Shown here: positions 1 through 11,559 of the stretch, piece after piece
Layout: each line of letters begins with the position of its first letter
Numbering within the stretch: the stretch's first letter is position 1
Source of the DNA: Eledone cirrhosa
Taxonomy: Eukaryota
Direction of reading: 5' to 3'
Assembly: GCA_964016885.1 (NCBI GenBank)
Contig: OZ024740.1
Coordinates: forward strand, 201,934,001-201,998,000
DNA length: 64,000 bases
Position numbers and translations under genes: made by a program
The notes under the pieces: generated by a model
Seen by the model: the letters and a program-made list of their open reading frames with translations, nothing else
Database searches by the model: none
What the model was told of the DNA's origin: nothing

Positions 1-179
1 TATGTATGTGAGTAAGAGTTTGTAAGAAAGTTGTGAAAAGTGAGGGAGGAAAAATGAAGTAGAATCGACAGCTTCCGTTGGAAACATTTGGCAACAAGAT
101 AAGGAGGAGAATTAACAAGAAACAACATAAAACTATGAGTGGATGATGAATAAGAAACGGTAGACTGAAATAATAATTG

Positions 180-456
180 TGGTATATATATATATATAAA
201 TATGTGTGTGTGTATGAATAAAGAAGGCTGCTTATGTGAAGAGATGTTTGTATGTCAGAAGTATGCGGCAGAGATAGAAGAAGAGGAAATTAGTGAGAGA
301 TGTAGAAAGATAGAGATGTGTGTATTATATATAATAAAATATATGAAGAGAGTGACAAATATAGATATATATATTAGAGAGGAAGAGAGACAGACTGTAT
401 GAAAACATGCATATGAAGGGATATAGAGAGGAATGTAGAAATGTACATAAACACAC

Positions 457-494
<38 letters not shown>

Positions 495-501
495 GTGTGT
501 T

Positions 502-533
<32 letters not shown>

Positions 534-540
534 TATGTAT

Positions 541-583
<43 letters not shown>

Positions 584-585
584 CA
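180..585. repeat. (AT)n microsatellites and purine-rich low-complexity tract
   Basis: Long TA runs at about 183-200 and 458-580; they explain the YI-repeat ORFs. Confidence 0.9.
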
Positions 586-1559
586 TGCATACAGGGAGAC
601 AGAGATGTAGAGGTAATGATATAGAGAGACAGAGATATAGAAAAAGAAAAGTAGATAGGAATGTGTAAAAGAGAGAGAGAAATATAAACACTGAAACAAT
701 GAATAATGGCAGAGAAGAAATAGATGAAGATGGCTTTTTTTTTCAGTTTTCAGATTTTTTTTTTGTCATTTATAATTTACCTCTCGGGCAAGGACATCTT
801 TTCGTGTTGTCCAGTATCTTCAGATGTGAGAAAAGTGGCGCCGTCGACACACTCGTATTTCCATTTGTTGGTAATATGAAGTTAAAATGACAGAGGAAGG
901 TTGGGCAAATTAACTTATGATGAGTAAGACAACAAGTTATACAACCGCTTCCTTAGGAGACTGCTTCAAAGCTGTGAGACTCCACTAAATCCTTGTTCGT
1001 CTTTATCATAGACGGTTAATATTTAGTAGTTTTTTCCTGAATAATAAATCCTCATGGAAGCAAGGCACATTTGTTGATATATTTACACAAGTCTGATATT
1101 TCAGTAATGACAGACAGACACGATCTGCATCACACAGGAGCCGGAATACATTTCTTGGAATTCAGCACTTTAATATTTAGGCCTCCGTGTCAGTTAGGAA
1201 TTCAACCACTAGCAGAATGATTTTGTTGTTGAATTTTCAAAAAAAAAAAAAATTATACGAAAGCATATATTTGTTCACTATGCGCAACACTGAAGACATT
1301 TAACGAAAATATTTCTTATACGTTAACCATTCAGTGTGAACTACTTTTTAAATCGGATGACTTCTTAGTCAGAGTTTGCGACCTACTTTTGAGGAATTTA
1401 AAGTTTCTTAGAGTAAAGTTATAACAATAAAATTAAAGTAATATAAGTGTCATTTTATTATTTTTTTAATTAATACATGAAATTTATATGGTTTAATTTA
1501 ATATTTAGATAAAAAATAAAAAAATACCGAACTAAGATAATTCTAATCCCGCATCTTGA

Positions 1560-1567
1560 TCATGTGA
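1560..1567 (+). promoter_or_regulatory. M-box/CLEAR-like E-box TCATGTGA just upstream of the ATG
   Basis: tgaTCATGTGAtca ends 7 nt before the start codon. Motif match only. Confidence 0.3.
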
Positions 1568-1574
1568 TCATATA

Positions 1575-1666
1575 ATGATGGCGTCAGCTAGGAAGGCAGT
1601 TGATTTTACTGTTCCTCTCGGTATTGCATTACTACCATCTACACAATGTATAAATAGAAATAAAGC
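1575..1666 (+). CDS. SLC37A2: SLC37A2-like coding exon 1 (MMASARKAVDFTVPLGIALLPSTQCINRNKA)
   Basis: ATG at 1575, donor GTAAGT at 1667, phase 2 fits exon 2. PLGI resembles the family N-terminus. Confidence 0.75.
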
Positions 1667-2964
1667 GTAAGTAACACTTATTCATCACTCTACTACAACA
1701 ATAATAGATAATCTATCAAAGCTGTCAATTAAACAAACTTTGTTTATTGATTTGACACGGTGTTGTTAGAAATTTAGATTTCATTCGATCTTTTTTATGT
1801 TGTTCTGTAAAGAAATGACAGAAATATGAAGTGTCAACCACTTTCCTTTGATTCCAAACAAACATCAAAGCTTGGTGGTGATCCGCAACCAATTTACATC
1901 TTTTTATAACAAACCGCTCCTGGTTCTATGACACTAAGCTATTAACACGATCTTTCGTGTCGAATTCATTGTTTACATTGCATCATAATTCCATGTAAGA
2001 ACCTTTCTTATGTTCCAAACTCAGCTTAATAACGAAAAAGTTATTTTATTAAATTCTTTTAAATCTTTGGTAATTTTCAAAATTGAGTGAAAATAACAGG
2101 CAGTGTCTTTCATTATAAATACGGTAATGAAAGTATTTACATTTCGTTGCATTTGTATGTATTTTAGTTTCGGTCGAATAATGTTCGTGTCAGTAAATAT
2201 TTATTCCGCATATTAGTGCGAATGCTTCAATTTACTTTTTTTATTAATATAATGTCTACTTAACGTTTCCCAACGTGCTATCATCAGAAATGTTGTCATT
2301 TGTTAGTTGTTCAAAATAGAAGTTATATCATGCCAATCCCTTGAGCTTTAGAGGCATAAATATAATGAAATACTTTACAAGGAGATCAAAACCGAAAGGC
2401 AGATTTATATCAATACCCTACCCCATTACGAATCCAGGAGAATTGTATGTAGATAGAAATGTATTATATATATATATTCACTTTATCAACTGTTTTATGT
2501 TGTGGTTATATATCAGTCCGTTTATTCATGCTATGTAAATTTTATTGTCTATTTCATTATTTCGACCATGTCAAGTGTAGTGAAATGAGATCCTGTCATG
2601 TTTATGTCGTTATCTCAAACATTGTTGACGTGGTGCTATTAAGTTAGACATGGACTGGGCCAATACTGTCCGAAACCTAGCAAAGTTACATCTAATCCTA
2701 CTAATAATAACAATAGTTTCATTTATTAGCCACCAAGAGCTCATACAGAATACAACAAATGTTATAAAAATAGGATTTACAATGGGGCTGGACAAAGTTA
2801 TATATGAACGATGGTGGGGGCAAGTATATTTACACATTCAAATTGGATAAAAACTTAAGGAAGAATGGGCTGTACCTTCTGAGATCTCTCTCCACCCGAG
2901 AACCTTTTAATTTTCCTATTTCTAGACTTGCATAAACACACACACACACACATACATACATATA

Positions 2965-3120
2965 TAGGACCCCGACGGCTAATTCTGGTCCAGAATTAGC
3001 CGTCGAAACGGCTTGAGCTCAGCCGTCGAGGTCCTACTCGTTCCTATTACCCACTCTACTACCCTAAGTATTGAGTACTTTGGTGCGTTATGGCCCATCT
3101 GGTTCCTTGCCACATTTCCT
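2965..3120 (+). mobile_element. Penelope-like terminal-repeat fragment with a damaged hammerhead-like fold
   Basis: Stems taggacc/ggtccta, cggctaattctgg/ccagaattagccg, then GAAA, cggct/agccg and TC. Downstream gtattgagtac is shared with the repeats at 58.9, 61.0 and 62.9 kb. Confidence 0.5.
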
Positions 3121-3139
3121 TCGTTATATATATATATTC

Positions 3140-3505
3140 TTATTCTTCTTTACCCACTTATTCCTGAGAGGGTCGTGGGGGAAGAGTCCTCAAACACTTC
3201 ATCCAGCGGGTCCTGTCAGAAGCAACCTCCTCCAACAAATCCGGCTGGATCCCTAAGCGAGACCAACCAAGCTCATGGATGTTATCCAACCATCTTGCTC
3301 GGAGTCTACCCCTGGGTTTCCTGCCGGTTGGTTTTGCTAGTAAAATCTATCCAATGATTCTTTCCTAAGACATTCTCGTTACATGCCCATAGTATCGGAG
3401 CTGTTATCTCTCAATTCAAAGAAGTGGCTGCTCTACCTGGAGTGACCCCCTGATCTCCGAGCTACGCACATTATCGAGTAACGTTATTCCAAAGACCCTT
3501 CGGGG
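3140..3505 (-). mobile_element. RTE-type LINE 3' fragment
   Basis: Reverse complement resembles 33590-33945 (RWRRLLLTGP.G.S-like coding remnant, gaataagtgggt..agaagaagaat tail). Confidence 0.6.
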
Positions 3506-4163
3506 TATATATAGTGTTCTGAATAAGATAAATTTAATGTGTGTATGCATGAACATATATGAATGTATGTGTATACACACATACACAACCGCATATAGGG
3601 TATTTAAATTAAGTGCCTATCATAATATGAGTCGATTGAATCAAACTGGGCCACGTCGTCAAATTTGTTATCTTGTGCCGAAGTTAAAAATCATATAACA
3701 TTACTGACGTGTAACCTTGAACCCGTAGTTTAAAATCTAAGTATGATACATTTATATTTTAATACATAAAACTCTCTAATTGTTTTTCTTCAATAACGTT
3801 TCTTTGTTTTTGTTTACTATTACTGGTACTTTATTTTATCGACATCGTAAGGATAAAAGGCAAGGTTATCTTTGCCTACGAGGTCGATAAAATAAAGTAC
3901 CAGTAACGCATTGGGATCGATTTAATCGACTTTCTCTTCTCCAAAATTGTTGGCCTTGTGCCTAAATCAGAAACCACTATTATATTCCAATTTTGTTGTG
4001 GGTTAATCAGTACTGTTGAAGAAAACAATGTTTGTGGTTGTTCATATGAAGGCGTGTGGGGTAACTTAGTAAGAAGTTATTTTTGAAATAAAATGAAAAT
4101 TTGCTTCTTCATCTAAAAGTAAAATATAAATAACTAGAACATTGTCATGTAGACTAGATGTGT

Positions 4164-4200
<37 letters not shown>

Positions 4201-4335
4201 ATAATAATAAATTTGAAGACTAAAATCCAAAGAGGGCTCGATAAGGATAAATATATATCAAATATATAAGAACGGTAGAGCAAATATTTATTAAAATAAC
4301 AGATTAAAGTTTAATAATAATAAATTTGAAGACAT

Positions 4336-4384
<49 letters not shown>

Positions 4385-4385
<1 letters not shown>

Positions 4386-4701
4386 AAGATATCGTTTTTT
4401 ACTGAACGCCTTGCATCACGAACAATTTTTCCGAACATAAAACGTCTTAGTTGACGAATGGTGTCTCTAGTAACGAACACGCAAGCCGGCGACAATCTAG
4501 GAGTATCGGTGGGACAGCGTCATTTGCTGTGTAGTTAGTTACTGTGAGGATATCTATCTTAGTTTCACACATAGTCTTTCTCTCCATTACTGTATGTCTC
4601 AACATTTCGTATGAAAAAAAAAAAAAGTGTTGGGTTACGAACATTTCTGATGACGAACAGCTTTCAGGAACGAATTAAGTTCGTGAACAGATGTTCCACT
4701 G
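4385..4701. mobile_element. Tigger/pogo-like DNA transposon end
   Basis: Reverse complement of the right end reads CAGTGGAACATCTGTTCACGAACTTAATTCGTTCC, like Tigger TIRs. Repeated cgaac subterminal motifs. Confidence 0.55.
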
Positions 4702-5518
4702 TGTGTATGTAAGTAACCAATGCCAATTATATCCCAATATATATGTGAAATCAGATCAGATGGGCAGTTCAGTTGGCACAGCATGGTCATATAATTGTCA
4801 GTTGGAGTTATACCATTCTGTTGATTCCTAGAATGCTTAATGAGGTCTACAATGCACATCTGGCCTTGGCCTACCAGCTTTTGGAAATCAGTGCTACATT
4901 TTACTTCAATCTATTATGATCATCAATGTGTTGGTATTTTGTTACACAGTGGTGGTGACAAACAACATACAATTCAATTTTACATGCAACAAGTGTTATT
5001 GATTATTATTGATATCGATTGTTTTACTCCTTGCACTTTCGTATCACTCTTTTATCATGAATACAGTTTACTATACGCCAATGTTTACATAAACGCCAAC
5101 AAGTCTTTCCTTGTCAATAACATCGTAGATATTTTTATTGATCTGTCTTTCCACGATCTTTCTATCACCAACAGTGTTTACATGTCTGTTGTGTTGGGTG
5201 AGGGTTTTATTGAAGCAGTTTTTTCTACAGCCGGATGTCCTTCCTGATGCCAACCCATGCTTTTTATTTTATAAGTGTGGTTACATACTGTACATTTACA
5301 TCGAAGCAGTTAGCTGTGGAACACAAACAGATGTTACTACTTCCTTTAAACACTGTTGCTATGAATATGAATATACACATAAACATACACCTACATATAA
5401 TAATAATAATGCTCAGGTGCACTACAACTCGTCAATATAGTACATAGAATAATACACAAATGTCAGGGAAGTACATGTGTGTATGTGTTAGCTGTTCTGT
5501 TGGCGGATCTCGGGAAGC

Positions 5519-8296
5519 ATGGAGGCTTTAAAGGATGCAGTGTCTCGACAGCCAACAACTGATGCAGGTAGTTTGTTCCATGCTTCAGCAACTCTGAGCG
5601 TGAAAAAATGTTTCCGAAAGTCATGGGAACTGTGCTGTTTTCTTACTTTGTGGGCATGTCACATGGAAATCGAAAAGGTACTCAGGGTTGTTGTTGGCAA
5701 CATGGTTAACAATTTTGTGGGTGTTTACCAAGTCAGTTGCCAGGCGTCGGAGCTTCAATGAATCCATGCCCAGGGAAGCAAGGCGCTCAGAGTATGGTAG
5801 ATGCCTGATGGAGGGCATTCGCTTGGTTGCACGTCTCTGAACAGTTTCCAGGCGGTCAATGTCCTGAGCAAGATAGGGGTTCCAGACTGGTGATGCAAAT
5901 TCTAAGTGTGGTCGCACCATAGCTGTATACAGCCTTAAATAGATATCTGGAGAGCGGCTGACAAAGGTCTTGCTGAGTGATGCTAAGATACCCTCAGCCC
6001 TCTTGACAATTTTAGAGACGTGCCTCGTCCAACGCAAATCGCTGCTGACCATAATGCCCAGGTCACGTTCACAGGAAGACTTCTTGATATTAGTGCTGTG
6101 GAGGGAGTATGTGGACGCTGGGTTTTTACTCCCAAAATGCATGGTGGTGCACTTGTCCACAGCTAGCTTGAGTTGCCAGTCTGAGATCCACTGTTGCATT
6201 GTGTCCAGGTCAGACTGCAAGCAAGATCTATATAGTGTTCAGGATCTGTCCTTTTTATCTCAAGGTACAGCTTGATGTCGTCTGCGTACTTTAGTACTGT
6301 GGCATTCCTTAAGTTGGCATCTATGTCATTAATATATGCCACAAACAAAAGGGGGCCAAGAACAGATCCCTGTGGTACACCAGATGACATCTCATATGGC
6401 GAGGAATGCTGTCCCAGAACCGTGACTACCTCTCTTCGACTGAGAATGAAGGACTTCAACCAGTTAAAAAGATCATCCTTCACACCCATTGCAGAGAGTT
6501 TTGCCATAAGCCTTTTGTGTGGCACAGAATTGAAGGCCTTCGCAAAGTCAAGGTAAACAACATCCACCCATGAGCCGCCATCAGTGATCCGGGTGATGTC
6601 CTCAAGAAACTCTATAAGTTGATCTCAGCAGCTGGAGTTGGGGATAAATCCAAATTGCGAGGGCCGGATAAGACTGTGAGAGCTCCAGAAGTTCCAAAGT
6701 GTTTCTTTGACACAGGATTCCATCAGTTTGGCGATGCAACTAGTAAGACTGACTGGACGATAGTTCTCAGGTGATGTGCGGTCACCCTTTTTGAATAGAG
6801 GAATGACACTGGCAGTTTTCCACTGTTCTGGAGTAGCAGTTGTTCAGACAGAATTGGAAGAAGCGTGATAACTGGTGTAGAAGGAAGTACCCACCACGTT
6901 TAAGAAGCAGGTACGTAACACCATCAAGACCAGGAGAGGCATGGTTGCATTTATTTTTTAGGTGACGTCGCAGCATTGCAGGTGTAAATTCCATGGTTGT
7001 AATAGAGTCCGGTGTCATAGGTGGTGGAGATGGTACACTCTGGTCTTCAATAGTGAAAATGCCTGCATAGCATTCAGCAATGAGCTTTGCGCATTCCTTG
7101 GGGTCGTCAGTAACCTGGGTTGTATGGGGATTGCGAAGAGGACCAACTGAAGAGTGAGGCCTCTGCTTTGAGTGAACATACTTCCAGAACACCTTACTGT
7201 CAGGGCTGGTTGCTATGCGCTGCTCAAATTGAAGCACTGCCTTTTTTGTCACCTGTTTGAGGTGGTTGGACGATCTATTTCGCCTCTTCCTATTAATGTC
7301 TGATTTGTGAAGTTTGTACTCACGTTCAGCATTGCGCCGTTCTTTTCTGGCAAGACGGACTGCTGCAGTCTCCCAAATTGCGCTTTTGGGATGTTTTTTC
7401 AGCTTACGTAGCACTGATGCTGCACATGCTGTCCATATTGAGCTCAGGATGTTCTGGAGTACAGTGTTGACATCTCCAGAGTCGTAGAACTCAAGCCAGT
7501 TTGGCCGTTGCAACTCGGTGCAGTAACAGTTCCAGTCTGCTTTATTCCAGTCAAAGTGAGCAGTTTGGAGATGGTTGTGGTTCTTGTTACTGCCCATGAG
7601 GGATAGATTGGCAATGATCATAGCATGATCAGAGTCACCTAAAGGTTCCTCAGCAGTAACACTAATGACCGTTTCAGGAGTAGTGGTGAAGAGTAGGTCC
7701 AAAGTGTTGTCACCTCTCGTTGGGGAGGTGACCACCTGGGACCAACTCGAGTCCAGCACCAGCTCAAGGAAGTCATTTGCACTTGGCGGCCAACGAAAGG
7801 TCTCCCAGTCAATCTCAGGGTGATTGAAGTCACCTGCAATGAAAACATAAGTGGCTGTCTTCCTGGCAGCAGCTCTGAGGATATCACAAAGTTGAGTGTC
7901 CTGATGGTAATTTGGGGGACGGTAAACGACTCCAAGTAGCAGTGTTGACATGGTCATACGTATATCGCAGAAAAAAACTTCCTGCTGTGATTGGTTCAAA
8001 TCAGCACAAGGAATTGCCGACAGATTTGACCGAACGTAGACCATTACACCACCACCACCACGATTAATACAGTCTTTACGAAACAGGTTGTAGCCAGTCA
8101 TGCTGAAAACCCCATCACAGAGTAAGGGATGTGCCCAAGTTTCCGTGACTGTAATGAAGTCCGGGTTGATACTTTTGACGTAGGAGTCAAAAAGATGAAT
8201 CTTATTGCATAGAGTACGTGCATTCAAGGACAACAATTTGTACTTTGATTCCAGTCTATGATTATGTGCAGGGGATGGCAGGTTGTTCTGATTTAG
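5519..8296 (-). pseudogene. LINE ORF2 (APE endonuclease + reverse transcriptase), frameshifted
   Basis: SLNART, VTETW, YRPP, GDFN and SDH (APE). WKTASVIPLFKKGDR..PENYRPVSLTS, YLDFAKAF, SGVPQGSVLGP and YADD (RT). VRPHLEFASPVWNP and QRRATK (C-terminus). Split over ORFs 6782..8236, 6163..6567 and 5621..6220. Confidence 0.93.
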
Positions 8297-9528
8297 TTTC
8301 CCAGAGTTTTTTCAGTTTCTTTATTGTCAGTTGTTGTGGGTACAGTGTTTTCAGACCAGCTGGTGTCTCTTTTCCATGATTTGCCAGCCTTAACAAACTT
8401 CCATATCTGCCCATCATCTCGTAGGCTGAAGCTTTCATGTTCTGCCGAGCTGCGGTTTAGGGAAGCTGCAGCACCCAACTTTGGGCGGACATCAGGTGGA
8501 AGACCAGGACGTGTTCGGAAAGCAATCCGACTTTCACGCCTAGCTTTATCAGAGGCTACAAGGTATGAACGTGCTTCAGTTGAGTTTAAAAACGACAGTC
8601 TAATTAACCTGGGTTTCGGGCCTGGTCGGCCAAGGCGTAGAGCACCCTTTGCGGGAGCACAGCCCAGGTCTTTGGATAAACTGGCAGCAAATGCCTGAAG
8701 ATCAACTATGTCTTCTGGCACACCAATGGCAATCACTTCATGGTTTGCAGATTCAGTGGCATTCTCAATGCGTCTAGGTTCAACATGAGGTACGCGGAGA
8801 TTTTTTAACAAGGCACTCCGGTAAGATCCCTCATTGTGGGGTTCTACACAAACGCTTGATTTTATTTCCGCTATTTCTTGACTTAAAGCGGAAATCATTT
8901 GCCGCATTTCCTCAAACTCCGTATTGACGGTCCGTTTTTGTTGTTGTTCTTCTCCTTCAACAGGCATGGTAGAAGACACAGTCGTCGGTTGTTGTTGTTG
9001 AAAAGTAACGGGTGAGGAAGACATGGGTTGCTGTTGTTGATAAAGTCCTTCAACGGGGGTAGTAGCAGAAGCTACGGTCGTTGGTTTTTGCTGTTGTTCA
9101 GGGACAATGGTAGAGGAAGACACGATCTTCGGTTTTTGTTGTTGTTGTTCAGGAACAATGGTAGAAGACACGATCTTCGGTCTTTGTTGTTGTTGTTGTT
9201 CCGCAGCAATGGGAGAAGCAGGCATACAGTCCAGGCACTGAAAGGACCAGTTTGTTAGCTGGACCATCTCCCAGAGTCTATCCATCGTAGCAATATGATG
9301 TTTCTTATTTTGGTCTGGGATCTTCCGGAAGCCTGTGGCGCATTGATGGCAGACAGAGTTGCGACAGGTTCCACATTCGACCCAACGATTACGGAACGAG
9401 TTTTCGGGTTCCGTACAGATATGGCAGGTGTGATCTTCCGGGCAATGTTCTATTTTGGGACATCGACCAGTTTTGTCGCATACTTCATCGATGGATATCA
9501 CCATGGCAATTTTGTTATTTCTACCCAT
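8293..9528 (-). CDS. LINE ORF1 protein: PHD finger, Gln-rich repeats, coiled coil, C-terminal basic domain
   Basis: Uninterrupted 411 codons from ATG 9528. C4HC3 pattern CHIC...ECGTCRNSVCHQC...WSFQCLDC, followed by the IGVPE and RLGRPGPKPRLIRL motifs typical of CR1/L2 ORF1. Confidence 0.85.
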   Translation of the reverse strand: MGRNNKIAMVISIDEVCDKTGRCPKIEHCPEDHTCHICTEPENSFRNRWVECGTCRNSVCHQCATGFRKIPDQNKKHHIATMDRLWEMVQLTNWSFQCLDCMPASPIAAEQQQQQRPKIVSSTIVPEQQQQKPKIVSSSTIVPEQQQKPTTVASATTPVEGLYQQQQPMSSSPVTFQQQQPTTVSSTMPVEGEEQQQKRTVNTEFEEMRQMISALSQEIAEIKSSVCVEPHNEGSYRSALLKNLRVPHVEPRRIENATESANHEVIAIGVPEDIVDLQAFAASLSKDLGCAPAKGALRLGRPGPKPRLIRLSFLNSTEARSYLVASDKARRESRIAFRTRPGLPPDVRPKLGAAASLNRSSAEHESFSLRDDGQIWKFVKAGKSWKRDTSWSENTVPTTTDNKETEKTLGN

Positions 9529-10676
9529 CCGTAGAAAAACACAGAATGTAAACAATATAGGTTTAGCGCACTTGATTACGATAGAAATAAAATGTCTGTT
9601 TTTTTGTTTTGTTTTTTTGTGTATTTTGTTTCCGTTTTCCTAAATGTTGTGTGTGTACAGAAGAGTCTGTGCATGTAAACAAATAAATATGCTGCGCAAG
9701 TTAAATGAAACGTACTGTAGAAGGCAGTTGTTTATTAACAGCGAAATAACGTTTTTTTTTTTTTTTTCCCCTGATACTGCTTCTTTATAATAAACTTTCA
9801 ATAATATTTTTTTTTTCAAATTATTAACTTTCAGCTGCTAGTATATATATATATAATTAAAAGGTGTATGTGGGTTAGAAGCGAAGTCAATGTTAAGAAA
9901 TATTTTACCAATGTAAATTGGTAAAATTGGCCGGTATAGTGTCTCACACGAAATAGTGTCGTTTCTTTTCACGTGTGTGTATATGCATATGGTATATATC
10001 TGTATATAAATCTGTGTGTATATTGTTGTTTATATGTTTTGTGGAGTACTTACTGCGATCCTTAAGGGATGTAGTGATTTGTTTTGTTTTTTTTCCTTTT
10101 TTCCCCGTCCATGTCCACACGTGGTTTGTTGGCGAAAATCAAGTCAAATTATATATACTTCGTTAAGATAATTCTATCTTGAAACTGGTACTAGTTGTCA
10201 GGGAACAGTCAAAGTAATTGTAATAATGAATATTGTAATCCATCTGACATGTGTTTAAAGGGCAGTTTTTGGTGAAAATATTATATTTTGTTTGGTCAAG
10301 ACGTGGTCAAGCGACCTTCCTTGTCGCCATTTTGGCCGGCTATATATCATCGTCGTCACTATTTTACATCCGTTTTACCATGGACGGGACTACACAAACA
10401 CACTTACATATACATATTCTGTAACTGTGTGTGTATATTACGTAAGTAATATAACATTTCTGTCTATGGATACCTTAAGAATCTATGGATAGTTTAAACC
10501 ACGTGTTCTTAACCCATTAGGTCAAATGCCCCCTTTTGTCCCTTGAAATCACGAAACGCCCCTACCCTATTTTTCCATTTTTCAATATACTACTGATTTT
10601 GATATCAGTCGATTACTATAAAATTGATTAACAATATTCCAAAGATACCATTGCAGGCAGCTGAGAGTATAAATAC

Positions 10677-11044
10677 TGTAGCGGTTGTCTCCCTTGTTTT
10701 AATTGGGATCTAGACGGGAAGTGGAACCCTTTCTGCAACTTCCGGTCGGAGCCCTATAAAACTAACAACTTTGAGCTTCCTCTCTCTCTTTGCCTTTTCG
10801 GCACCAGGTCGAAGAGTCTTCTCATTTGGCTCTGCCATTAATTTGGCCAACAGGCGCCTGGCCTTAGCCAGGCGCCCTCTGCCAGCCGCATTTGCCTGGC
10901 AATCAAAACGGTAACTACTAACTTTGTTTCATTCTAACATCTATCTTTGACATGTCAAGTATTCTATCTACCGTTAATTAAATATTATATACACAAACAT
11001 TGTCTCGTTTTGTTACATTCATGCAACCCAGTATCCTCGCTATA
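10677..11044 (+). mobile_element. Solo LTR (Gypsy-like) inside the hAT
   Basis: Inverted ends TGTAGCG...CGCTATA, 4-bp TSD ATAC on both sides, internal TATAAAA and ATTAAA. Confidence 0.65.
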
Positions 11045-11559
11045 ATACATTCCTTGAAAGGAAATATATAAATTTCAAAAAAAGGAACAAATGTTCTTTT
11101 TTATGAATAAGGACCAGTTGAATTTGTTATATTCCCACCAGGCGTTACCAACTATTTTGAACATTTATACAAGAGCAACTCTGTCTATCCAAAGAGTGGC
11201 AATTATATTATTTCAAAGCTTTCCAATTTTCCTTTTAATGAAACAGACAGAATAAATGTTGATATCTAACTTGATGTCCCCTCCGCTTTGTGAGCTTAGA
11301 GACCATGGAAGAGGGTTTTCATGACCATGTAAGAGGGTATATTTATTAGCAAATGGTAAAATATATACAACAAATAAGTGAATTGTGGTAGATGGTTTCC
11401 AGTCCAGTCAGACTGCAACTACAAATAAAAAAATTGTTAGTTTGCTTTGTAACAATAGCCTATCCAAGTTTTCGGATAAATCAACTTACTTTAACTTTGA
11501 CCTCATTTCAATGGAACCCTTGAGCTTCATGGAGTCTAGCTAACTCTTTGACGTGAGGC

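Larger units (their letters stand above)
5398..10340 (-). mobile_element. Near full-length CR1-clade LINE, antisense in intron 1
   Basis: ORF1, then ORF2 (APE, RT, C-terminal CR1 motifs), then an (ATT)n tail at about 5398-5410. The 5' boundary is inferred from a YY1-like motif at 10325-10335 and is uncertain. Confidence 0.85.

Noticed and set aside
202-699. Several 66-124 aa ORFs with YIYI repeats
   Set aside because: Translations of (AT)n microsatellite; the same applies near 4.3, 38.1 and 59.2 kb.
8324-8698. Plus-strand ORFs overlapping the LINE (also 5970..6275, 6272..6556, 9028..9258)
   Set aside because: Antisense shadows of GC-richer retroelement coding sequence, with no independent motifs.
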